From a virus: a stretch of 64,000 bases of DNA. Positions within the stretch are counted from its first letter, which is position 1, and each line of letters begins with the position of its first letter. Of this stretch, positions 9,136 to 18,493 are shown piece by piece. The position numbers and the translations under genes are program-made. Under the pieces are notes generated by a model that had not been told where the DNA came from, searched no databases, and worked only from the letters and a program-made list of their open reading frames with translations. The stretch is taken from positions 14,564-78,563 of IMG/VR virus record IMGVR_UViG_3300005518_000003; one strand, given 5' to 3'.

Positions 9136-9443
9136 GACCGAGTCGCTGAAATCACACCACCGCCGCCACCGTTACTTCCGCCGCCACCGATCTGATTTCC
9201 GTGTTCATCGACCCACGACACGTTTGGAGAGTATGGAGCGAACGCTGCGTAGACTCCCGGAACAGCAGTGGGAGAGATCGTCGTTACGTTTGGCTTGGCT
9301 CCATCACCGCTTGTCGGTGGTCTCGTTCCTTGGGGAGAGACGATCTGCTTCGGCCTAGTGGCGTAGTAGACCGCCCCGCCGATGCCAGCCGCACCTGCGA
9401 GGAGTCCAACGATCCACGCTGCCTTCTTTGCACCCTTCGTCAT
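9132..9443 (-). CDS. Small membrane protein
   Basis: N-terminal TM ending GGAVYYATRP; Gly-rich tail. Confidence 0.7.
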   Translation of the reverse strand: MTKGAKKAAWIVGLLAGAAGIGGAVYYATRPKQIVSPQGTRPPTSGDGAKPNVTTISPTAVPGVYAAFAPYSPNVSWVDEHGNQIGGGGSNGGGGGVISATRS

Positions 9444-9455
9444 CCGGCAACGATA

Positions 9456-9644
9456 TCACTGGTCGGACACCGCCACCAAGATCGCGATCAGAGTGAGCGG
9501 CCAAAACGCGGAAACGAACATCGCTCCGATCGTTACTTCGACCAATTCTTCCGTCGTCGCGCGGTGTTTCCAGGGACGGATCACGGCCGCGCAGAGGCCC
9601 ATTGATCCAGTAAACCCGAGAAGCCAGATGTGAAAGATTGTCAC
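9456..9644 (-). CDS. Small two-TM protein
   Basis: GTG start just after the stop of 9647..11158; two hydrophobic segments. Confidence 0.5.
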   Translation of the reverse strand: MTIFHIWLLGFTGSMGLCAAVIRPWKHRATTEELVEVTIGAMFVSAFWPLTLIAILVAVSDQ

Positions 9645-9646
9645 GA

Positions 9647-11158
9647 TCAGAAGCCTCCCCAACCTCCTTCGCCTGAACCCGTCCCTGGATTTTGCGGAGG
9701 CTGCGGTGGTTGCTGCGGTTGAAGTTGTTGCATCGGCGGCGGCTGTTGAAATTGCGGTGTCTGCTCTTCTTCTTCGGGCGATCCGGCGAGACCACGACGC
9801 TTGGTGGCTTGAGCTTCGAGCCATGCAGCTCCCGCATCCATAAGCCTCTGCGACGGACGCGGATTCATGAGAAGCATCCCGAGCGGATCGACCTTGCCCG
9901 TTTCCTTGTCGCGAACGAGCTTCGCCTTGGTTCCGTCGTCCCACACCGAGGGCAGCTCGGTGATCTGGTACGGGAGATCGTCCTCTTCCTTCACCTCGGG
10001 CGGTGCAGGAAGCATTGGAACGGTCGTCGTCTCTTCCGGCTCTTCGGCCGCAAATCGTTCGCGCATCTTTTCACCGAACGCGACGTAGCGATCGAAAATC
10101 TTGAAACCCTGATCCATCGCCGTAAGCGGATCCATCTGCGTTGACGACGTTGGTGGAGCGCCGAGACCGGCTGCTTTGACGGCAGCGATCATCGCGGTCG
10201 CAAGACCTTCGACGGTCATCTGCGTGATCGGGGTTTGACCCGGAGGAGCTCCGACACCCGGTCGATGTTGTGGTTGTGGTGATTGCGGTTGCTGCCTCAG
10301 CCGCCGATTCTCTTCTTCGAGCGCAGCGAGACGCTTCTCGAGATCGGATTGCTGCGGCGGCGGAAACCCGTATTGAGGTGGGTAGCCGTAGGGCTGGTAG
10401 CCGTACGGAGCCGGAGGTTGCGGAGGTTGCTGCGGCTGCTGTTGCTGCGGCTGCTGCGGTGGTTGTCCAGGAGCAGCGGGGAGCCGGGGAATTTGGCCGA
10501 AGCCCGGTTGCGGGCCGTACTGGCTCGCCATTCGCTGTTGCCACTGGGCTTGACGAAGCGCGTTGATCTCGCCTTGCGACTGAAGCGAGATGTAGCCGTT
10601 GACGATGTACTGTCCGTTCGCTTTCCAGACGAACTGGAGCTCGTAGCGAGCCGGACCGCGCGCGATGTTGTGGTAGTAGTCCTCGACGTACTGTTTGATC
10701 GCCGTTGTCGGCGACATCTCTTGGTTGCCAACGACCGCGCTCGCCTCGAACGCATACCCAATGCTCTGACGCGGCGGCGGATCGATTCGAATCACGTTGA
10801 CGACGACGTCATACGCAGATCGTCCGTGCGCCTCGAGCCATTCGAGAACTTCGGGCCAAAGAACTTCTACTTCTCGGCTCGTCCACTTCGGAGCTCCGTC
10901 TGCACTCGCATCGAATCGATCAGGGATGGCTCCTGCTTTTCCGCTCGGTCTTCCAGGAGTTTTCGGAGCGCCAACACCCGTTTGAGTTGGACCGCGACGC
11001 CTGCCCGCGGGATGTGTTTTTTCTTTCTCTTGAGGTGGAGGCGTTGGAGGAGGAACGACCGGTGCTGTTTCAACTGGTACACCATTCGCTCCTTCCGGCG
11101 GCGGTTCCCAATCTGGTCCCTGACCCGGCGTTGCCGGATCTTGCGTTTCATTGTCCAT
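9647..11158 (-). CDS. Pro/Gln-rich protein (possible scaffold or tape-measure-like)
   Basis: 503 aa, low-complexity linkers, short coiled coil, repeated GVGAP/GLGAP. Confidence 0.7.
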   Translation of the reverse strand: MDNETQDPATPGQGPDWEPPPEGANGVPVETAPVVPPPTPPPQEKEKTHPAGRRRGPTQTGVGAPKTPGRPSGKAGAIPDRFDASADGAPKWTSREVEVLWPEVLEWLEAHGRSAYDVVVNVIRIDPPPRQSIGYAFEASAVVGNQEMSPTTAIKQYVEDYYHNIARGPARYELQFVWKANGQYIVNGYISLQSQGEINALRQAQWQQRMASQYGPQPGFGQIPRLPAAPGQPPQQPQQQQPQQPPQPPAPYGYQPYGYPPQYGFPPPQQSDLEKRLAALEEENRRLRQQPQSPQPQHRPGVGAPPGQTPITQMTVEGLATAMIAAVKAAGLGAPPTSSTQMDPLTAMDQGFKIFDRYVAFGEKMRERFAAEEPEETTTVPMLPAPPEVKEEDDLPYQITELPSVWDDGTKAKLVRDKETGKVDPLGMLLMNPRPSQRLMDAGAAWLEAQATKRRGLAGSPEEEEQTPQFQQPPPMQQLQPQQPPQPPQNPGTGSGEGGWGGF

Positions 11159-11182
11159 GTTGGTCCCTTTTCTGAAATTCGT

Positions 11183-12358
11183 TTACGCGACGAGAGGTGT
11201 CGCACTCGTGACCGGCGTGATCGCGATCTGCTGAATCGTTCCCTGAAGGAACTGAAAAAACGCTTCTGCTTGCGCTTGCGTATTTCCAGTAACGGGCGGA
11301 AAGAATTCCTCGAACTGAGGTGTGATCGTGAACGTCGTTCCCGGAAAGTAGCCTTCGCCTTCGGCGATCGTGTCGATGCGACCGAGACCCATCCGTGCAT
11401 GCGCTGTTGCACCGGTTCCTGGAGCGACGCCCGTGTCGCGAATGAGAATCGATGGAACGGTGACGTAGTTGTCACCAGGATCGGTGACCGTAATGGCCGT
11501 GATGGGAAATCCAGGGCCAGCCCCAACCGTGACGACACCTTGCGCAGGAAGACCTTCGGCCATGACGGCGAAGAGTTTCGCAGGACGGCGAGGAGCGATT
11601 CCGGTCGTCGTCGTAATGAAGACATCCGGCACCGATTCGTAGACGCGACCCATATCGACGATCGTGATCGACTGAACGCGACCTCGGGCGTCGAGCTGAA
11701 GAATTCCCTGCGCAGGAATCGGTGGCGAATTTCCTTCCGGACCGCCACCCTGAATGTTGAGGATCGCTGTTGCCGGGTCATATCCCTCGCCTGGATCCGC
11801 GATGTTGATGTAGCGAACCGCTCCGCCACGTCCACCCTTACGCGTGTCGAAGTTGAAGCCCGCAGGCGGAAGGCCTCCAAGCCACGTGATCCTCGTCGTC
11901 GAGGCCGTGTATCCGGCCCCTCCGGTGTCGAGCGCAGTTTCGTACGCAGCCATGTACGCCCTGAAGAGCGCATCACGTTGGGTCGGTCTCCTCGGAACGA
12001 CGTTTCCGTTCACGATGGGAGCGAGCGGTTCGCGCTGGTTGTTGTTCGCCCGAATGATCGGCGGAAGAATGAAATCACGACCGCGATTCGCAACGTCCAC
12101 GGTTACCTGCTGGATGCGACTTGTGTTCGTGATCGTCGGCGGGTTCAAGAGCGCGGCGACTGAAGGCTCAAAGCCGAGCACGATCGTACGCACGATTGGA
12201 TTCACGGCAGGGATCGTGATGGAGTCCGAAATGATCCGCAGGCCGAGCGCCTGAAGAATGTCTGGCGGGATGGGGGCGCTCGCAATGAACGGCTGAATCT
12301 TGGTCGAGCTGATCCCGAGCGCCTGGACCGTGTAAACGAGCGTGACCTGGGTACCCAT
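11183..12358 (-). CDS. Beta-repeat virion surface/spike-like protein
   Basis: Repeats of I/V-x-I/V-x-D-x-G-x-G-Y...P-x-V-x-I, typical of phage structural beta modules. Confidence 0.55.
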   Translation of the reverse strand: MGTQVTLVYTVQALGISSTKIQPFIASAPIPPDILQALGLRIISDSITIPAVNPIVRTIVLGFEPSVAALLNPPTITNTSRIQQVTVDVANRGRDFILPPIIRANNNQREPLAPIVNGNVVPRRPTQRDALFRAYMAAYETALDTGGAGYTASTTRITWLGGLPPAGFNFDTRKGGRGGAVRYINIADPGEGYDPATAILNIQGGGPEGNSPPIPAQGILQLDARGRVQSITIVDMGRVYESVPDVFITTTTGIAPRRPAKLFAVMAEGLPAQGVVTVGAGPGFPITAITVTDPGDNYVTVPSILIRDTGVAPGTGATAHARMGLGRIDTIAEGEGYFPGTTFTITPQFEEFFPPVTGNTQAQAEAFFQFLQGTIQQIAITPVTSATPLVA

Positions 12359-12370
12359 GCCGCGAGACTA

Positions 12371-12850
12371 CTATGTGCTAGGAGGCGAGACCACCGCCGT
12401 GGTCGGTTGACCGTTTTCTACTTCTTCGTCTTCGTCGAGAACCTCGTCGAATTCGGCTGCGTATCCACCCAAATCGGCCGCAAGCGAATCGAAAAGGGTA
12501 TCCGTGTCGAGGTACCGCGTGAGGCTATGTGTCGGTGCCGTTTTCTGGACGGTCCACCTCACCGGGAAACGTTCCGGTGCCGGCTTCTCGGGAACTCCGT
12601 AGATTCGCGCGCAAACTTCGTCTTCGAAGATCGCCACGATCTTGTGCTCCGCGCTGAGCGGTGAAGTCTCTCCGACCTGGAACTTCTGAAGCTCTCGCTT
12701 GAAGTTGAACCAGTCGAACGAAAACGTCTGCGGCACGTTGGACGGATACCCCTCTTCGCCTTCTGGACGCTCGACGTTCGCACGCACGCAGATCCGTCCC
12801 CAAATGTCAGCTTTCTTCGATTGTTCTTCCGGCATGTTGGTCCCTTTCAA
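12371..12850 (-). CDS. Hypothetical protein
   Basis: Co-oriented ORF with RBS and acidic tail. Confidence 0.6.
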   Translation of the reverse strand: MKGTNMPEEQSKKADIWGRICVRANVERPEGEEGYPSNVPQTFSFDWFNFKRELQKFQVGETSPLSAEHKIVAIFEDEVCARIYGVPEKPAPERFPVRWTVQKTAPTHSLTRYLDTDTLFDSLAADLGGYAAEFDEVLDEDEEVENGQPTTAVVSPPST

Positions 12851-12864
12851 AAAGGGAGCTTACT

Positions 12865-14814
12865 CTACCGGGAACGCACCTTGTGAAGCTTTTTGTCGGC
12901 GAACGAATAGAACTCGCCTTCGCCCATCACCACGTGGTCGATGAACGCGATTCCAGAGGCTTTGCAAGCATTTTTCATTGCTTTGGTCAGGTCGGCATCG
13001 GCATCCGAAAAATCCGCTCCGCCGCTCGGATGGTTGTGCAGGATCGCAAGCCCTTTCGCGCCGCGATCGATGGCCGGCTTGAGGACGTCAGCAGGATCGA
13101 CGGCAACGCGATCGCGCTGACCTACGTGAACGATGGCGACCCCGCGGAGGTCGGAATGGATATCGAGCAGGATCGCGCAGAGGTGCTCCTTGTCCTGCTT
13201 CGAAGCCCACGGATGCATCATGTTGTAGATGTCGCGTGAATTCTTGATCGGACCGATTTGTTGCGCGACCTCGCGAATCTCTCGAAAGTCATCCGCGTTG
13301 CGCTCGACCTTCACGAACGGAATTCCATCCGTCACCTCAACGGGATTCTCACCCACGTGTTTTGCATGTGGCCAGTGCTGTCGCGCGCTTGCTCGTACTT
13401 GATCTTCAGATTCACCACGAATGATGTTGATCGAGTACCCGTGACGATCACGCGCAACCGCTTCCCACTCTTGGCGGACTTCGTCGTACGCGATCTCTAC
13501 GGTCACGACCTTTCGCTCGCGTCCCTCGGCCGCCCCGCCACATCCGTGCTCGCAGCCGCATTCGTTCGCTTCACGCGAGATGCCACCAGGAACACCTCGT
13601 TGCGGATCCAACTTAGACAAAGCCTCGGCATTGCTCGGGAGCTTCCTCACCCGCTTACCAGTGTTTGGCCAGTGATAGAGCCCCTTCTTGTAAAAGAGCT
13701 CGCGCTCGGTGTAGCTGCCGTCATCCCGCGGCGTGTACGTCCGAACGACCCATTTCTTTTTGTCGTCCCAATACTTCACGAAGTGCGTCGCTGAGAACAT
13801 TCCACGATGAGCTTCATGGCGAAGCGCATCGTCGATGTTGTTGAAGTCGCGCGCTTCACGTGGCCCGCTCTCTGGAGGAAGTAGTGGAGGAGTCTCCGGT
13901 CCCGAGTGGAGAATGAGATGCTCCGATTTCATCTTGCCTTTAGAGCCGTCGCGCCAGAGAACGGTGATCTTTTCGCCTTCGACGGAGATCACGACGCCGG
14001 GATTGAGTTTCTTTGCAAGCCTTGGAAGAACGCCAGGCGCAAGCTGCACGTCGTCACCGCGTTGGAAATCGCGCGCCTGGACTGGGTTCTCGCGGAGCAA
14101 CCGATCGACGCCCGACTTCGCCTGTCGCAACGCCTCACCACGTGTGGTCGCACCCCAATGACCTCCACGAACGATGGCCGACCACCACGTGGTTCCGTCG
14201 TCCATGAGATATTTTTCGAGTCGAATGTTCTCGCCGTGGTAGTCGACCGTCTCGCGTTGTTGGATTCGATCGCGCGCCTCGACGGGGTTCTCGCGAACAA
14301 ACGAGACGCTCGGACGCACCGCAGGCTGCGAATTCGCAAAAGCTTCTGCTTCGCCTTTCGTCTTGAACGGGCCGTGATACTCGCTGCTCCGATCACTTGG
14401 TCTGCGGCCGTATGCGTACCAGACCGTGCTCCCGTCTTTCGGACGCTCTGATGGATGCATCTGATCACTCGAAACGATTCGCCAAGGAATCGGTTGCCTC
14501 CATGCCGGCTGAGGACCGCGACGAGGATTCTCTCGCGCACCCGGACGTCGGATCAGTCCAATGTGCACCGCGTAGTCGTACGCGCTCTCGTGCATCTTTC
14601 GTGGATTGAGGAAGCCGTCTTGAATCGCTTCGCCGACTTGATCATCCCACCACTCAATGATGGTCGCGTCGTTCTTCGCGTTGATCAGCTCGACGTGTGC
14701 TCGGTCACGCTCCTCCCAGGTCGAGAGCCGCGTGTCACTGAGAGACAATTCGGGCACGGAATGACGTCCACGGCGACGGGCTTCTTCGGCGGCGGCGGGA
14801 TTCATTCGAGGCAT
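12865..14814 (-). CDS. Multi-domain (polyvalent) protein with C-terminal RadC/JAB domain
   Basis: C-terminal E...HNHPSG...SDAD...DHVV JAB motif; small domains separated by RENP/GENP linkers. Confidence 0.85.
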   Translation of the reverse strand: MPRMNPAAAEEARRRGRHSVPELSLSDTRLSTWEERDRAHVELINAKNDATIIEWWDDQVGEAIQDGFLNPRKMHESAYDYAVHIGLIRRPGARENPRRGPQPAWRQPIPWRIVSSDQMHPSERPKDGSTVWYAYGRRPSDRSSEYHGPFKTKGEAEAFANSQPAVRPSVSFVRENPVEARDRIQQRETVDYHGENIRLEKYLMDDGTTWWSAIVRGGHWGATTRGEALRQAKSGVDRLLRENPVQARDFQRGDDVQLAPGVLPRLAKKLNPGVVISVEGEKITVLWRDGSKGKMKSEHLILHSGPETPPLLPPESGPREARDFNNIDDALRHEAHRGMFSATHFVKYWDDKKKWVVRTYTPRDDGSYTERELFYKKGLYHWPNTGKRVRKLPSNAEALSKLDPQRGVPGGISREANECGCEHGCGGAAEGRERKVVTVEIAYDEVRQEWEAVARDRHGYSINIIRGESEDQVRASARQHWPHAKHVGENPVEVTDGIPFVKVERNADDFREIREVAQQIGPIKNSRDIYNMMHPWASKQDKEHLCAILLDIHSDLRGVAIVHVGQRDRVAVDPADVLKPAIDRGAKGLAILHNHPSGGADFSDADADLTKAMKNACKASGIAFIDHVVMGEGEFYSFADKKLHKVRSR

Positions 14815-14829
14815 CTTACACCGAGTGTA

Positions 14830-15012
14830 CTACCCCTGCTTCTGCGGCGTCGGATCGACCTTGTGGGCGATGAGAGTGATCCCTTGACCCCTGAAATAAA
14901 GCTTGGCGCTCGGTGATTTGAGCGTGTCGTCGAGCTTTTTCGTGAGCATCGCAGCTTGAGCGTCATCCTTCGCATCGAAGACCGCTTCCAGTTTCATCAC
15001 ATACCTCGGCAT
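14830..15012 (-). CDS. Small hypothetical protein
   Basis: MPRYVMKL start after GGAGGA, overlapping the upstream stop. Confidence 0.55.
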   Translation of the reverse strand: MPRYVMKLEAVFDAKDDAQAAMLTKKLDDTLKSPSAKLYFRGQGITLIAHKVDPTPQKQG

Positions 15013-15509
15013 CACTTCCTCCTCTTTCTCCTCAGTTTTTTCACACCTTGTGGAGAACCGTGTCGCGGTGGTCCGCCAGCACATTCGCGCACCAATCGAT
15101 GCGCTTCGTCGATCACGAATGGGTGTTTCCTCCAACCGAATTTCGTGTGGTAGAGGAATTTCATCATCGCGTTGTAGGCAATGGCCACGAGGTGACGCCG
15201 CGGGTCGCCCTCAAAGTGATCGTACGGCACGCCGGTCACGTACTCGACGTAGTGCTTGAGCACGTGGTTGAGCGGATCCGCATCCTCAGTGAGCTCGCTC
15301 AACGAATACTGGAAGCAGTCTTCGTACTTCTCGTCAGCGTACGCGCCGATCTCCGCCATCATCAACAAAAACTCGGGATTGATGGCGTCGTAGCGGTAGC
15401 GAACCTTGTTACGTGTTGCTTTGACTAGCTTTCCCCCCATCCGAACGGGATCGAGCATGTCGCGAACGGTTTCTTCCACCTGCGGACTGAATTTTTTCTT
15501 TCGTTTCAT
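15012..15509 (-). CDS. dATP/dGTP diphosphohydrolase-like (DUF5664) protein
   Basis: K.RYD.I.PE.L...A....Y...KY and H...Y..G...D......HL..IAYNAM pattern. Confidence 0.65.
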   Translation of the reverse strand: MKRKKKFSPQVEETVRDMLDPVRMGGKLVKATRNKVRYRYDAINPEFLLMMAEIGAYADEKYEDCFQYSLSELTEDADPLNHVLKHYVEYVTGVPYDHFEGDPRRHLVAIAYNAMMKFLYHTKFGWRKHPFVIDEAHRLVRECAGGPPRHGSPQGVKKLRRKRRK

Positions 15510-15937
15510 TGCGTGGTCTTCTGAAGAGCTTGATTCCAGGTTTCCAAAAGCTGGAACACGTGCTCTTCGTCCCGGATATTGACGAACTCGATCATCTCCT
15601 TCGGTGTTACCGGTCGGATGATCTTCTCCGTCGTGCGAATCTTTCGCACCTCACCGTCGACCGTGACCTCTTGAACTTTCTCGACGGTGAATTCGATTCC
15701 AGCCTTCATCCACGCGAGATACGCGATGCGCGCCTGAAGAAATTCGTTCCGGTTGATCGGTTCGGGCGGTTTCGAGATTCGCGGCGTGGTACTCGCCGGT
15801 CGAGCAGCTACGAGCGCATCGCGCTGCGCCGTCAGTCGCGCAACTTTTTTGGTGAGGAATTTGTCGTACGCCCACCCGATAAAGTACACGACGACAAATC
15901 CCAGAAGGACGTAGCTCACCCAAGCCGGCGCGTTCAT
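15506..15937 (-). CDS. Membrane-anchored hypothetical protein
   Basis: N-terminal TM helix. Confidence 0.6.
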   Translation of the reverse strand: MNAPAWVSYVLLGFVVVYFIGWAYDKFLTKKVARLTAQRDALVAARPASTTPRISKPPEPINRNEFLQARIAYLAWMKAGIEFTVEKVQEVTVDGEVRKIRTTEKIIRPVTPKEMIEFVNIRDEEHVFQLLETWNQALQKTTQ

Positions 15938-16209
15938 GGACCGAGAAGCTCCGAAAATGCTTCGAGTGCCTTCTCGACTTTCTCGCCTTTGCCGAGCTTA
16001 CGCGCCCACTCCTTGAGCGCCGTCGCGCATTCGTTCGCTTCACGAATCTGCGGATCGTCTCCTCGTTGACCCATCGCCGTACGCATCTGGATCCAGAAAA
16101 GAACCACGAACGGCGCGGTAGGATCGCGACCGAGCAACGTGAAGTGCGGCTCATCGGGGTCTGCTTTCGTGTGGCAGTCGAACTTACCGGGGTTGTTTTT
16201 GGTCGCCAT
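15934..16209 (-). CDS. Conserved small phage protein
   Basis: NPGKFDC...DEPHFTLLGRD motif recalled from phage proteins. Confidence 0.6.
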   Translation of the reverse strand: MATKNNPGKFDCHTKADPDEPHFTLLGRDPTAPFVVLFWIQMRTAMGQRGDDPQIREANECATALKEWARKLGKGEKVEKALEAFSELLGP

Positions 16210-16633
16210 CGCTTTTCCTTTCTCGAAGTATCTGAACGAGCCTCGTGCACCATCGCGTCTGACCTTCTTTGGTCATCCTCCCGAAGAATTCGTTCGCTTC
16301 TTCGTCGGTGAGATCTTCGACTTCTAGATCGACGATCGATTCGCCGCGTTTGATTCGAACGAAGATGCCGGAGCCAGTCTCCGGCGAGCGCTCGCGGACG
16401 CCAGGTCTGTCGTTGTGGAGATCCCCTTCCTTGGTGGGCCCAGCAAGTGCCCATATTCCGCACTTGTCACATTGAAGCCTACGAACCCAGGGTGACCACG
16501 CCTGGTATCGATAGGTACCGCCACATTGTTCGGCTTCGTGCGTCGGGTACTTCTCACGAAGCGGGCAGCCGCGGAAGTGCCGCGTCGGATCGCGATTCAT
16601 GATCTCGGCGCAGTGACACTCTTGCTCAACCAT
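16184..16633 (-). CDS. Cys-rich hypothetical protein
   Basis: Co-oriented overlapping ORF with CxC/CxxC motifs. Confidence 0.5.
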   Translation of the reverse strand: MVEQECHCAEIMNRDPTRHFRGCPLREKYPTHEAEQCGGTYRYQAWSPWVRRLQCDKCGIWALAGPTKEGDLHNDRPGVRERSPETGSGIFVRIKRGESIVDLEVEDLTDEEANEFFGRMTKEGQTRWCTRLVQILRERKSDGDQKQPR

Positions 16634-17378
16634 AATCCGCTCCCGCGTTCATGCGCACGAGCGCGCGTTCCGCCATCGCTTCGATCTCTTTCGGGATCGC
16701 CTTACGAGGTTCGGCGCTCACCCACTTCTCTCCGTGCGGGAAGCATACGTACGCGTGTTCGGTGTCTTCACGAAACTCGCGCTCGATGATCGTGACCGTT
16801 CCTGACTCGGGCTTCGATTCGTGGAACGCATCCGCGGTGAGGCTGTACGAATCGCCTTCAACGAAGGTGACTTCCTGAAGCTTCTCGACGAGTACGGATT
16901 CGGATTCTCCAACCGCGCATCCGCCAGGACCGCATACGATCTTTTGCCTGGAGTGCGTAGGCGTCTTGAATCCGAAGTTGCTCACCTCGTAGAGCACGTC
17001 GGTCATCCGCCCCGAGATGACCGTCGAACGGAAGTGCCACGGATGCGAATGAATCGTCGAGACACTCTCTGTACGGAAGCGATCGTCCCAAACGTGAAGA
17101 CGCATCGATTTCGACAAGTAGAGTCGGAACATTCCGAATCCCTGGAGCGTCCACGTGTCGAACGCGAGCGGTGCCATGAGAATTCGGCGAACCGTCTCGC
17201 GAAGCATTCGCTGCTTTGGTTGGTCTATCGTATTCCAAAGCTCCCACGCTTTCGGGCGCTCCATTCGTCCTTTTCCATCCGAGAACGCACCGCAGTTGGG
17301 ACACCACGCGGGAATCAGTCGAGTGTCTCGCGCTTCGACGATCGTCACCGGGTTCCGACAAAAATTACAGACCGCCAT
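16626..17378 (-). CDS. Zn-ribbon plus cupin-like protein
   Basis: Two CxxC pairs, then RLHVW...IHSHPW.F.S.VISG...FHE cupin pattern. Confidence 0.6.
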   Translation of the reverse strand: MAVCNFCRNPVTIVEARDTRLIPAWCPNCGAFSDGKGRMERPKAWELWNTIDQPKQRMLRETVRRILMAPLAFDTWTLQGFGMFRLYLSKSMRLHVWDDRFRTESVSTIHSHPWHFRSTVISGRMTDVLYEVSNFGFKTPTHSRQKIVCGPGGCAVGESESVLVEKLQEVTFVEGDSYSLTADAFHESKPESGTVTIIEREFREDTEHAYVCFPHGEKWVSAEPRKAIPKEIEAMAERALVRMNAGADYG

Positions 17379-17379
17379 C

Positions 17380-18279
17380 TCAACCCTCCGCCTTCATCCA
17401 AGGAACGGGAAATAGATTCGGCCACCGCTCGACGCAAATGCGCCGGAGCTTCTTCGCAAAGCGCTGCATCTCGAGATCAGCGGCTTCGCCCGCGCGCTCT
17501 TTGACGAGCTTCGCGATGGCGGCGGGGTTGGTTGTCCAGATGAAGCTCGTCTCCGCCTGATGCGGTAGGAAGCTCGACGCCGCTTCGTAGATGCGTTTCT
17601 TGTCCATGCTCGTCGGCGGCTTTCCGTACCGCGCCGCAAAAGAGTCGACTTCCTCTTGAACCGCGCTGAGATAAAAGTCGTACGAAGTCTGCATCGCATG
17701 AACGAAGCGTTCCCGCATCGGGTGGCCAAAGTCGTCCATCGGCAGGGTTTCACGCGCCTGCAAATAGCGTGGCGGCATGATGAAAAACCCGTAGTGGTGC
17801 GTGAACCGCGTGCTCTCTTGTGACGGCGCCCCCTCTTCGCTGCGATCGGCGCCGACGTAGTTTCGGATCAACTCGTGGCTCACACGTCGCGAGATGCCAG
17901 CGAAGAAGAAGCTCATCTTCGCGTGGTACAAAATCGACGCATGTGGGGGATCCATCTCCTGCGTGTGCGCGATGTACTCGGCGTTCGACTTGCGACCGGC
18001 CTTGAGTCCGAACGAGTCGTAGCACTTTCGACCGGCCAGCTCGACGAGCAGCTCGTTGTCAGAAACTTTGTCGGCATGTGGAAAGAGCGAGAGCGTCCGT
18101 CGAGGATCCTTCGACACACCGCGCACCGACCAATCGATGCTGTCACCGTCCGGTAAACACTCCGGTCGATGATCGCGAACCCAATCGACCATGTTGTTGA
18201 TGCCCTCATGCGACAAGCACATCTCGGCGATGACCTCGATCGTCGGATCACCTGTCAGAATCGTGACTTCCTTTTTCAT
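17380..18279 (-). CDS. thyX: FAD-dependent thymidylate synthase (divergent)
   Basis: AGRKCYDS, H.SIL.H, GISRRVSHELIR, SQESTRF, EAA...LP, EMQRFA. Confidence 0.85.
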   Translation of the reverse strand: MKKEVTILTGDPTIEVIAEMCLSHEGINNMVDWVRDHRPECLPDGDSIDWSVRGVSKDPRRTLSLFPHADKVSDNELLVELAGRKCYDSFGLKAGRKSNAEYIAHTQEMDPPHASILYHAKMSFFFAGISRRVSHELIRNYVGADRSEEGAPSQESTRFTHHYGFFIMPPRYLQARETLPMDDFGHPMRERFVHAMQTSYDFYLSAVQEEVDSFAARYGKPPTSMDKKRIYEAASSFLPHQAETSFIWTTNPAAIAKLVKERAGEAADLEMQRFAKKLRRICVERWPNLFPVPWMKAEG

Positions 18280-18493
18280 CTGGTCACCTAGTTTTTCGGC
18301 TTTCGCTTTTGATCCCAACACGCGAGCGCTTCTTCGATTGCTTCGACGAGTGTTCCGCCTTCACCTGGAAACACGCCAAGCTCGGGGTCGTCGGCTGCGT
18401 ATAGCCACACGACGATGCATGCGTTTTGCGTACTGAAGATCTGTAAGCTCAGATCGCGCTCGCGCAGAGCTGCTTCGAGCTCTTCGATCGTCT

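Noticed and set aside
10283-12163. 626-aa + strand ORF
   Set aside because: Antisense shadow in GC-rich DNA; the minus-strand genes have RBSs and coherent composition
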